This document shows positions 37,563 to 45,688 of a stretch of 64,000 nucleotides of DNA, piece by piece. Made by a program: the position numbers and the translations under genes. Within the stretch, counting starts at the first letter, position 1; each line of letters opens with the position of its first letter. This DNA comes from Nitrososphaerota archaeon (lineage in GTDB: Archaea; Thermoproteota; Nitrososphaeria_A; Caldarchaeales; Calditenuaceae). Location of the stretch: contig JAWBQR010000003.1 in the NCBI GenBank assembly GCA_038845265.1, forward strand, positions 89,337 to 153,336, written 5' to 3'. A model generated the notes under the pieces. It was not told the origin of the DNA. It saw nothing but the letters and a program-made list of their open reading frames with translations, and did no database searches.

Positions 37563-37609
37563 AACCTAAAAATCCAAGGCTATTTTTTGGACAATAATCC
37601 AGTCTACAT

Positions 37610-38488
37610 TTACTTTATATGATAATAACATTTTCTGCCAATTCTTTCTTTTTCTACTATGCCCAGATTTAAAAGTTGATTTAGATATACACTCTCTATT
37701 GCCCTAGTTCTTCCTGTCTGACTAGCAACTTCCATAGCAGTGGCTTTTCCTAAAAATCTAAGCGCCTGAAGTGTTTTATCTAAATGTGCCGGTAGTGTTT
37801 TCTGAACCGCCTCATCAGACTTTTTAGAAATGTATGACGCGGTAGACTCAATCTGGTAAATCTTTCCTAAGTAGTTGCTTAGGACTTCATCCATTTTTTG
37901 GAGAAAGCCCTCTAACGTTGCCTTAAGGTTTTTGGTTAATACATCAGAAATGTGAAGTCTACCTGTTAGTACTATCTCATTTGTAGCTTCCTTCATTATA
38001 TCCGTATCCTCAGAAATTAGGTATGAAAATAGTGGTTTCGACCCTGCCTGACTTGCATCAAATGATTTATTACATTTTTTACAAACTAGTGATAGCTTAG
38101 GGCTCATGAATATAGCAGAACATGAATCACATCTTAATTCATGATTTATTCTAGATATATTTTTAGACCCACATCCTGGACATACATGCTTAATATCGAT
38201 TAATGGTGAATCACAATATGGGCATGTCTTTATTATGTCAAGTAAAAGTTTATTGAGTACACCCATTGACGTTAGATTTTCGAGTATTTTTTCAGTCTCT
38301 CTGCTTTCTGTTCCAAAGAGTAAGTCTGCATCTTGGAAGACTATTCCTTGTTGTATGTGTGGATCAATTGTAGGCCTAATGTATGTTACTCCTGCATATC
38401 TAAGAATTCTTTTAATAAGGGATATATCCATAAGAGTTGGTTTTATTTGTTGCCCACTCGCTATGTTTTTATTACTACTTTTTATCAA
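37610..38488 (-). CDS. TackOD1-like multi-Zn-ribbon protein with C-terminal winged HTH
   Basis: LENLTSMGVLNK followed by CPYC, CPGC, CDSC, CKKC; C-terminal ATAMEVASQTGRTRAIESVYLNQL...KERIGRKCYY. Confidence 0.7.
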   Translation of the reverse strand: MIKSSNKNIASGQQIKPTLMDISLIKRILRYAGVTYIRPTIDPHIQQGIVFQDADLLFGTESRETEKILENLTSMGVLNKLLLDIIKTCPYCDSPLIDIKHVCPGCGSKNISRINHELRCDSCSAIFMSPKLSLVCKKCNKSFDASQAGSKPLFSYLISEDTDIMKEATNEIVLTGRLHISDVLTKNLKATLEGFLQKMDEVLSNYLGKIYQIESTASYISKKSDEAVQKTLPAHLDKTLQALRFLGKATAMEVASQTGRTRAIESVYLNQLLNLGIVEKERIGRKCYYHIK

Positions 38489-38644
38489 TTCTTATCTCCC
38501 TCAGATGATGCGTATTAATTCCCAACCTACGTGATTAACAGATTCTTATGCAAACTTTATATGCGTTATTTCATTAAGGATTATTATTTTTCCGTTTAGG
38601 GAGAAAACCTGCCGAATAGTTGGGAAATTGAACAAATGGAGAAG

Positions 38645-39847
38645 TTAATTTGAGTTATTATCGATTTTGGTTAGCAAGTAGAGCATTCCGATTAAAATGA
38701 CAATGTACGACATGTGGATGTATATTGTGTTTGTCGGCCCTAATTCATCCCATAACAGTCCTCCGAGATACATTACCCCCATTGTCATGAGGGTCATGAT
38801 AGATTGTTGAATTCCCCAGACAGCACCTCTATGAAACTTATCTAAACTAGCAGAAATCCTAGAGTCAATTGAAGGCATGAAAAATATTGCTAGTCCTGAA
38901 TCCATCAAGAGTGCGAGAAGTATGCCTTCCATAGTGAATGAATTGACAAGAATTATGAGTGCGATAGACTTAATGGCTAGCTCGATTAATGACAACGAAA
39001 ACCAACGACCACCCTCCACCATTCTTCCACCAATCGGTGCTAACACTGTATAAACTGCTCCCTCAATAGCAAAAATTAAAGAGAGCTCCATTTCACTTAT
39101 CATTGCTAAGTCTTTAGCCCAGAGTGGAATAAGTATCGACCCAACAACACCAGCGAATGCTAGATAAAGCGATCTCGCTGAAATTAGAAGCAACATATGT
39201 GGATGACGAAGTCGTTCATAAGATTCTGTCAATTGTTGGCTTATGGATATTTCTGGCCTTCTAGCTATTGTTTCTCTTAAATATATTCTTGTTAGTCCTG
39301 AAATCAACGTTGATATGCCGATGAGAGTTATGCTGAATTCGTATCCAAAAGTCGCGATGAGCATACCCATGCTTAAGTATCCAGCAACAGCACCCAGATT
39401 CATGCATGCAAAATATATTCCATAAGCCCTCCCATAACTATGCCTAGAGGATACATCAGCAATGTATGCAAAGATGGGAGGGGCTGTAAAAGCTGTTGGA
39501 AGCATCGAAAAAGCAAGTGGCAAAATGGCGTCTTCCCATCTACTAACTTGTGACAAAGCGATATAGGAAGCTCCTGTTATAATAGGACCTATGATCAATA
39601 GCTTCTTTCTACCAATAATGTCAGCAATAAAACCACCAATTGGCACTAATAAAACGTAGAATATTCTTGAGGCAGCAAATACCATTCCGATATCTTTAGC
39701 CTCTGCTCCTATGTTCCTTAGAAAATATGGGATGAATGGGCTAAATCCTAGTATAAACATATTACTGATAATTAATGAGATCATTAAGATCCAGAAATCC
39801 ATTGGGAGACCGACAAAGTTACGCTGCCTCTCATCAATCATTATCAC
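38645..39847 (-). CDS. MFS transporter
   Basis: GGFIADIIGRKK motif A; about 12 TM helices. Confidence 0.9.
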   Translation of the reverse strand: MIMIDERQRNFVGLPMDFWILMISLIISNMFILGFSPFIPYFLRNIGAEAKDIGMVFAASRIFYVLLVPIGGFIADIIGRKKLLIIGPIITGASYIALSQVSRWEDAILPLAFSMLPTAFTAPPIFAYIADVSSRHSYGRAYGIYFACMNLGAVAGYLSMGMLIATFGYEFSITLIGISTLISGLTRIYLRETIARRPEISISQQLTESYERLRHPHMLLLISARSLYLAFAGVVGSILIPLWAKDLAMISEMELSLIFAIEGAVYTVLAPIGGRMVEGGRWFSLSLIELAIKSIALIILVNSFTMEGILLALLMDSGLAIFFMPSIDSRISASLDKFHRGAVWGIQQSIMTLMTMGVMYLGGLLWDELGPTNTIYIHMSYIVILIGMLYLLTKIDNNSN

Positions 39848-40022
39848 TCATTTTCTATATTCTCGATAAAAGCATTAACAAACTCCTAATTCAAATAAAG
39901 TGAACTGACTCATATATTCAGATATTTTAGACGGTAATGGCCAATCTAATAATTAATTAAGTTATAAGTGAATTAATTGTTTTCCGTTTTCCCAAAATTT
40001 TTATTTCAAAATTTATGAAAAG

Positions 40023-40067
40023 AAAAAAGCTTATAAGCCGATATTTATAGATATTTTTCATTGGTGA
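40023..40067 (+). promoter_or_regulatory. BRE/TATA promoter and SD for the micropeptide ORF
   Basis: A-rich BRE-like run then TTATAAG (40031-40037) inside perfect palindrome GCTTATAAGC (40029-40038); GGTGA at 40063-40067. Confidence 0.55.
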
Positions 40068-40072
40068 AGAGT

Positions 40073-40105
40073 ATGGGCCCCAGAACAGGAAGAGATCCAA
40101 CTTAA
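40073..40105 (+). CDS. Putative 10-aa micropeptide MGPRTGRDPT
   Basis: ATG 5 nt after GGTGA, TATA about 40 nt upstream, GC-richer than AT-rich flanks, stop 6 nt from the convergent regulator's stop. Confidence 0.4.
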   Translation: MGPRTGRDPT

Positions 40106-40111
40106 ATTGTT

Positions 40112-41293
40112 TTAAAATAGATTAAGATGTTTATGTTTTACCTCGTCTTTTATTATGTTTATTAATGGTATTTTAGGTGGTCTTAACCATCCTGTAGCAT
40201 TTGTGAATAATTCTTTTGTTATCGTGAAGTTTGCACCGTCTTGCTCCAATACTGGTTCGCCAAATATCCCTTCTTCCTCAAGTTTCTTGGATAGGTTATT
40301 GATCGCTCCTATAAGTTGTTTTTCAGCTATCATATAGGATATGAAGGAACCATCACTTGCAACTTGGTAAGATTTACAGAATGGTGAGGAGGAGACCATT
40401 TTTCTCAATTTTGAGAGCTCTTTTTCACTCCTCGGACCGAAGCTAACCCACCACCTAGCAATATCAAGACTCCTCTCCCCTTTAGGATACCATGTTAACA
40501 AATATCCTGCAATAAGTCCTTTTCTAACTATGTGTTCCTGGAAGTGATATCTAAGGAGTCTTGGGTCTTTACCATACTGAGTAGCGACTTCGGTAAGTGG
40601 CTTAAATGCATCTATATGAAGTTCAGCAATAATAGCAAGGTCTAAACTATCAACAACGTAATTGGCAGCCTCCTTTTGCGATATTCTTTGAAGAGAAATT
40701 ACATCGGCATTATATTCGAAATCACCGTCAAGTTTCCACTCGCATTTTTTGAAGTCAAATAATCTGTATGATACATGGGGATAACCAACCTCTACGATTT
40801 CCTTAAAATCATATTCAGCAATTATGTCTCTAGTCGCTAACTCCTCAAACATATCGATTAATTCACTACTCCACTTAGTCGGGGGACTTAACATTACTAT
40901 GTACTTATTGCTAAATGCTATTTTTCCATAATATGATAAGTACGAATTTACTCCAAGCCAGTCAAGAATTTCTTGGGCATATTTATTACCGTTCCTAGTA
41001 AATGATACTATTCCAAAGAATCTTTCAAGCCCCATTCTATAGTAATGGGGCACGGTCTTAATCATGAATCCCATACTCTTAAGCTGCTTCTTCACCTTGT
41101 ATCTTACGGTCTCTTTAGGAAGACCCGTCAACATCGCTATCAATGATAAGTTTCTAGGTCCATATTTTTTTAAAGCATCAAGAATTCTCACAAATTCAGA
41201 GTTCACATCATAATCATTCGAATTGCTCAAGTTATGATTTGATTCTTGGTTCTCTATGTTGTTAATCTTGTTAATCATCACGCACTTCAACAT
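40112..41293 (-). CDS. Tandem Lrp/AsnC-like HTH transcriptional regulator
   Basis: GPRNLSLIAMLTGLPKETVRYKVK and second HTH DSLDLAIIAELHIDAFKPLTEVA...LLRYHFQEHI. Confidence 0.75.
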   Translation of the reverse strand: MLKCVMINKINNIENQESNHNLSNSNDYDVNSEFVRILDALKKYGPRNLSLIAMLTGLPKETVRYKVKKQLKSMGFMIKTVPHYYRMGLERFFGIVSFTRNGNKYAQEILDWLGVNSYLSYYGKIAFSNKYIVMLSPPTKWSSELIDMFEELATRDIIAEYDFKEIVEVGYPHVSYRLFDFKKCEWKLDGDFEYNADVISLQRISQKEAANYVVDSLDLAIIAELHIDAFKPLTEVATQYGKDPRLLRYHFQEHIVRKGLIAGYLLTWYPKGERSLDIARWWVSFGPRSEKELSKLRKMVSSSPFCKSYQVASDGSFISYMIAEKQLIGAINNLSKKLEEEGIFGEPVLEQDGANFTITKELFTNATGWLRPPKIPLINIIKDEVKHKHLNLF

Positions 41294-41394
41294 ATATTAC
41301 TAATATAGTTATATATAAATTTTTCTATTTTAGTTTGTGCAAATGTAAATCTCCTTTAGAAAAGTTAATAAGCTACCGATCTATTGTTAATCAC

Positions 41395-42261
41395 ATGGAA
41401 AAATTGTGGGTCGAGCGGAAAGAAGACTCTAAGACTGCTGAGAGTGATATTCTGAGATTACCTAGGTGGTACTATCCGCTGGCCTTACCTTTGATTAACG
41501 TTTGTGAAGAGAAATCGATTGCTGAAATTTCTATTGTTTCTAAGGATGTGCCAGGAGCTATGGCCCTTATCTCTTCAATACTGGCCAGTAAGAATATCAA
41601 CATTATGAGTGGATTAATTACCAGTGCCAGTCAACAAGGTAAGTCCATTTTGACAATTTTCATTGACTATTCAGGGACTGGACTCACTATAGAGTCTATT
41701 AGAAATACTCTTCTTTCATTAAAAATTGTTGAAGATGTCAACATAAATACTCCAATATATGAGGGACTCTTGATTGAGCAGTTTGGATTCCCATTATTAT
41801 TAGCCGGCAGACGATACATCTTAATGTCTCTTGACTGCTTCAACGTGATGATTAAGCGTATGCAAAGCATCTTGGGAACCTCGGGGCTAGTACTCTTCTA
41901 TGAAATGGGAAAATATGCTGGTGAGAAGAGAGCTAGACATCTAAAGGAAGTATTTGACCTCCATGGTTGGCAGCTCGTCATGGTAGCACTTTCAGAGACG
42001 CAGCCAATAGGTTGGGGGATAGCTGAGCTAACTATGATTAATGATGAAGCAAAGGAATGGCGGGTAAGTGTAAAGGACTTATTTGAATGCACCCCATTTA
42101 GAAACGGTACAAAAGAATGTAGAAGCCACTTTTTCAGAGGTTATCTTGAAGGGGTGTTTAAGGAGGCATACGAGCTGGACAAGACGTCATGCATCGAGGA
42201 GAAGTGTATTGCGAATGGTTCTGATACATGTGAATTTGTGATTACGGGGATCAAAGCATAG
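41395..42261 (+). CDS. ACT + V4R domain protein
   Basis: KDVPGAMALISSILASKNINI (ACT); FYEMGKYAG, GWG, HFFRGYLEG, EEKCIANGSDTCEF (V4R); start set to ATG 41395. Confidence 0.85.
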   Translation: MEKLWVERKEDSKTAESDILRLPRWYYPLALPLINVCEEKSIAEISIVSKDVPGAMALISSILASKNINIMSGLITSASQQGKSILTIFIDYSGTGLTIESIRNTLLSLKIVEDVNINTPIYEGLLIEQFGFPLLLAGRRYILMSLDCFNVMIKRMQSILGTSGLVLFYEMGKYAGEKRARHLKEVFDLHGWQLVMVALSETQPIGWGIAELTMINDEAKEWRVSVKDLFECTPFRNGTKECRSHFFRGYLEGVFKEAYELDKTSCIEEKCIANGSDTCEFVITGIKA

Positions 42262-42357
42262 AACGATACTTAAAACATGCCAGATTGATATATGCCTGAT
42301 TTAGCATTATATTGTTAGCTGATACCTAAATATGAGTATACAGTTATTGAAAGCGAT

Positions 42358-42461
42358 GGCCGCGGTGAGGTAATTGGTAGCCTCCCGGCCTGTGGAGGCT
42401 TACGCAGTTAGCCGGAAAGGAGTATTCCCCGGAGGTCGGGGTTCGAGTCCCCGCCGCGGCC
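42358..42461 (+). tRNA. tRNA-His(GTG) with two introns (37/38: 42396-42409; 45/46: 42418-42434); G-1 encoded
   Basis: Removing both introns gives G-GCCGCGG-TG-AGGT...GCCT-C-CCGGC-CTGTGGA-GCCGG-AAGT-CGGGG-TTCGAGT-CCCCG-CCGCGGC-C; both junctions fold as bulge-helix-bulge. Confidence 0.88.
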
Positions 42462-42548
42462 TCATATTAGTTCTATTCTGAAATTCACTATCGCATGTAG
42501 AATACTACGATATTTAAGTTGAATGTTTTATCGAGTAGGGTGAAAGCC

Positions 42549-42959
42549 ATGAGAGTAAGGGCTGTATGGATTTCTGGTTTTAGAAGCGTTTTGGACAATA
42601 ATAGAGGACATAGCGTTATCATAGATTTGCCGAAGCAAGATAAGGGAGATGATACTGGACCTACTGCATTAGAACTAATGGCTATGAGCTATGTAGGATG
42701 CGTGGCGACTATATTCAAGATAGTTGCGGATAAGCGAGGGCTTACATTTGAAGACTTAGAAATTAATTTAGAAGCAGTGAAAGGCGAGAAAACAATAGAA
42801 AGAGGGGCAGGTAAATTAATTATTAAAACCACGGCAAAGAAGGAAGAAGTAGAAAATGCTCTGCGGTTAACATTGCAGGTTTGTCCAGTTGGAATAATAT
42901 TTGATAATGCAGGAATTAAAATTGACTGGCAAGTAGAGTGCGTCAACATTAAATCTTAA
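42549..42959 (+). CDS. OsmC/Ohr-family protein
   Basis: GDDTGPTALELMAMSYVGC and CPV motifs; start set to ATG after GGGTGA. Confidence 0.9.
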   Translation: MRVRAVWISGFRSVLDNNRGHSVIIDLPKQDKGDDTGPTALELMAMSYVGCVATIFKIVADKRGLTFEDLEINLEAVKGEKTIERGAGKLIIKTTAKKEEVENALRLTLQVCPVGIIFDNAGIKIDWQVECVNIKS

Positions 42960-43073
42960 AAGTTTCTTAATTTTATGAAGAAATAAGCTGTTTTTCTGGA
43001 TATTTAGTCCTACCTTGAGATTTATATCCTATATATGTTGTAGTATGTTCATATACTTCCATGAATATTACTT

Positions 43074-43334
43074 TTGTCGATAATGGAGGATAAAGGGAAA
43101 ATAAAAAGAATTGTAAGCACGACGGTCCAAGACCCAATGATGACTGTGAAAGAGATGGTCAAAACTGCGGGAGAAGTCAGTGAAGAGCTAGGTGGTTTTA
43201 TAATACAAGTCAAAGATCCAAATAATTTTCCTTGGAGTGAATTGTTTCGATATTTGTTAAGTCTCAATCATACTGTCTGGATAGATCTGAGAGATGATAG
43301 CTTATTTATCATCACATGTCCGAAGGCGGATTAA
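43074..43334 (+). CDS. Small hypothetical protein
   Basis: 86-aa ORF with coding-like composition filling the gap; no recognised motif. Confidence 0.6.
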   Translation: MSIMEDKGKIKRIVSTTVQDPMMTVKEMVKTAGEVSEELGGFIIQVKDPNNFPWSELFRYLLSLNHTVWIDLRDDSLFIITCPKAD

Positions 43335-44749
43335 GTTATCATTAATGGAACCTGCAGATATATCATTAGTAATGAAATTAGGAATGTAGGGATGCTTACT
43401 ATTGCTCCAGGCTTGATCCATTCTTTTAAAGTCATATGTCCTATCTTCTGTCTCTCAACTAGACCAGCTGCAACGATATTGGCAGTACTGCCAATGATTG
43501 TTAAGTTGCCCATTAATGTTCCTGCAAATAGTAGCACCCACCACAATGGTGCGACATTAACTCCTAACTGTGATAACTGTGTAACTATTGATGACCATAA
43601 CGTTACTGCTAATACATTATCCATCAGAGCAGACATTAACCCCGCGATCCACCCAGTACTAAACATGAGTGGAAATATTTCGGTTCCAGTAGATGTTATT
43701 ATTGTGTTAGCAATTAATGAAGTAGCGCCCGTGTAAGTTAGCGTGCCAACAGTGGCGAAAAACATTAAAAAGAATGAAAGTGTCCACCAATCTACTCTCT
43801 TCTCAACTAATTCCCTAGCTCTCACTCTTTCAAGTAATATTACTATCCCAGCTGATATGAGTGGCACACCTATAAGCATTGTGTTTTTATCGAGACCCAA
43901 CATACTCTCTATAAATGTATGAAAGATTAACCCTACTAATGTTCCAGCAAAAATAATACTTGCTACTATCATATCTTTTTTATTTGCCGCTGGATCTTTC
44001 ACAACAAGCTGAACGGCCAGCTCCTTTCGCACAACCTTTAATTGCTCATCTATTTCTTTTATATAATCTTTAAAATAATATATTGATAAGAAATATGATA
44101 AGACTAGGCATGTTATAGATATGGGTGCCGCCCATCTTAGAAAATCAGAAAATCCGTATCCTGACCTTAATGCGACTATAACACCCACGGGGTTGCCGAC
44201 GACCGTCGCACTACTACCAATGTTGGTCGCAAATACTGTCATAATTATGAGAGGAATGGGGGAAACTTTTAGCCTTGCTGATAAGTGGATAACTAGTGCA
44301 GTCATGAAGAGGATTGATGTAACTTCGTCGACCAGGGCTGCTGATAAAGCAGCCATAAACATTATGAGGAATAATGTTCTTTTGGCGCTATCTTTTCCGT
44401 ATTTCATTACTCTGTCAAGTATAGCTTCGAAGAAATGTTTCTCTTCTAGGAATCCAATAATTATCATCATTCCTATCAGGAAGATAATTATGTCTAGGCC
44501 TGCAAACTCTATTAGGTGAGGGACGTCGAGTAGTCCTGAGCCTAGCAATATACCAATGCCTAAAAATGTGAAAGCCAGCCTAAACCTCCAATAAAAGAGC
44601 GCACCCATTATGATTGATGAGAAAACCCAAATTGACAATGATTGTTTAAAGGGAATCCCCAAAAATATCGATATAATAAACACTGAGATGCTTATAGCAA
44701 CAAAGACCCCTGGTTTAATTCTTTTCCATTCAATGATCATCTCGAACAC
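43331..44749 (-). CDS. ArsB/NhaD/SLC13-type ion transporter
   Basis: SAALVDEVTSIL, TNIGSSATVVGNP, SALMDNV, GNLTIIGSTANIVA. Confidence 0.9.
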   Translation of the reverse strand: MFEMIIEWKRIKPGVFVAISISVFIISIFLGIPFKQSLSIWVFSSIIMGALFYWRFRLAFTFLGIGILLGSGLLDVPHLIEFAGLDIIIFLIGMMIIIGFLEEKHFFEAILDRVMKYGKDSAKRTLFLIMFMAALSAALVDEVTSILFMTALVIHLSARLKVSPIPLIIMTVFATNIGSSATVVGNPVGVIVALRSGYGFSDFLRWAAPISITCLVLSYFLSIYYFKDYIKEIDEQLKVVRKELAVQLVVKDPAANKKDMIVASIIFAGTLVGLIFHTFIESMLGLDKNTMLIGVPLISAGIVILLERVRARELVEKRVDWWTLSFFLMFFATVGTLTYTGATSLIANTIITSTGTEIFPLMFSTGWIAGLMSALMDNVLAVTLWSSIVTQLSQLGVNVAPLWWVLLFAGTLMGNLTIIGSTANIVAAGLVERQKIGHMTLKEWIKPGAIVSIPTFLISLLMIYLQVPLMIT

Positions 44750-44880
44750 CAGGTACGAGTATTTTACTCAAATCATTAGCTATACGCTTATTTTTTAGTA
44801 TAGCTAATGATTCAGACATACGTTCCACACACTACAATTTAACCATTACACCAATTTCAGTGATAAGAGACCACACTCAA

Positions 44881-45597
44881 TTACCACAAATCAGTCCATA
44901 TCAATTTTTGTAAATCAATTAAATAATAATTTGCAGTCTTGATATTTTGAATAGACACTTTGGCAAGATCTACGATCCGATCTACTCGAGCCATAACCGG
45001 AGCATCACTTGTTGCAACTATATAGCCTGTCTTGATAAGCTCTGAGTCGACTGAGCGGCACGTTAATGCTGTTCCATTAACTGACAGTCTTTCTAATTCT
45101 TCTCTGATAAATTCAGAGAATTCGCCACTGTAGCTTACGTTTGCTTCAAGGAGAAAAAGGGCTACTGAAGGAGCCAGTGACGCTGTCTTTTTTAAAATAC
45201 TGCTAGTTGCTTCATATGCATCTGGCTGTTTTAGTATTGATGTATGGAGTTCAGATAAATCTCTGATAAAACCATCCAGAGACTTGACTATTATTCCACC
45301 CGACATGGCAGATAATACGGTCCCCAGAACGTTAAGAAAATCTACAGCGAGGCACTTGCCTCTGAGCTTACTTGGCTCCACGGTCTTCTCCTTTACATTA
45401 GATATCCAGTCAAGTGGATGAACACAACGATAAATTAAGCTTCTTAATCTCTTATCCATATTATATTTATCACCAATAATGTCTCGTACAGTCTCACGGC
45501 GATATCCCCTCTCCAGCATCCAAAGCGCGTCAAGAACCGCCTCCCTTAATGTTATCACGTCTAAGCTAAGTGGAGCCTTATAATGATCTACACCCAT
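44881..45597 (-). CDS. DUF434-domain protein
   Basis: AVLDALWMLERGY, AVDFLNVL, DGFIRDL, VATSD. Confidence 0.8.
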   Translation of the reverse strand: MGVDHYKAPLSLDVITLREAVLDALWMLERGYRRETVRDIIGDKYNMDKRLRSLIYRCVHPLDWISNVKEKTVEPSKLRGKCLAVDFLNVLGTVLSAMSGGIIVKSLDGFIRDLSELHTSILKQPDAYEATSSILKKTASLAPSVALFLLEANVSYSGEFSEFIREELERLSVNGTALTCRSVDSELIKTGYIVATSDAPVMARVDRIVDLAKVSIQNIKTANYYLIDLQKLIWTDLW

Positions 45598-45688
45598 GTT
45601 TCACTGATACCTCTAATTTAGTCTATAATTCTCAGCCTAATAAAACTGTGGATAACTTAGAATAATACTAATAACCCAAATGTCGCAA

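Noticed and set aside
42398-42428. Single 31-nt intron model for tRNA-His
   Set aside because: Gives a cloverleaf but no good BHB junctions; the two-intron model gives BHB geometry at both sites
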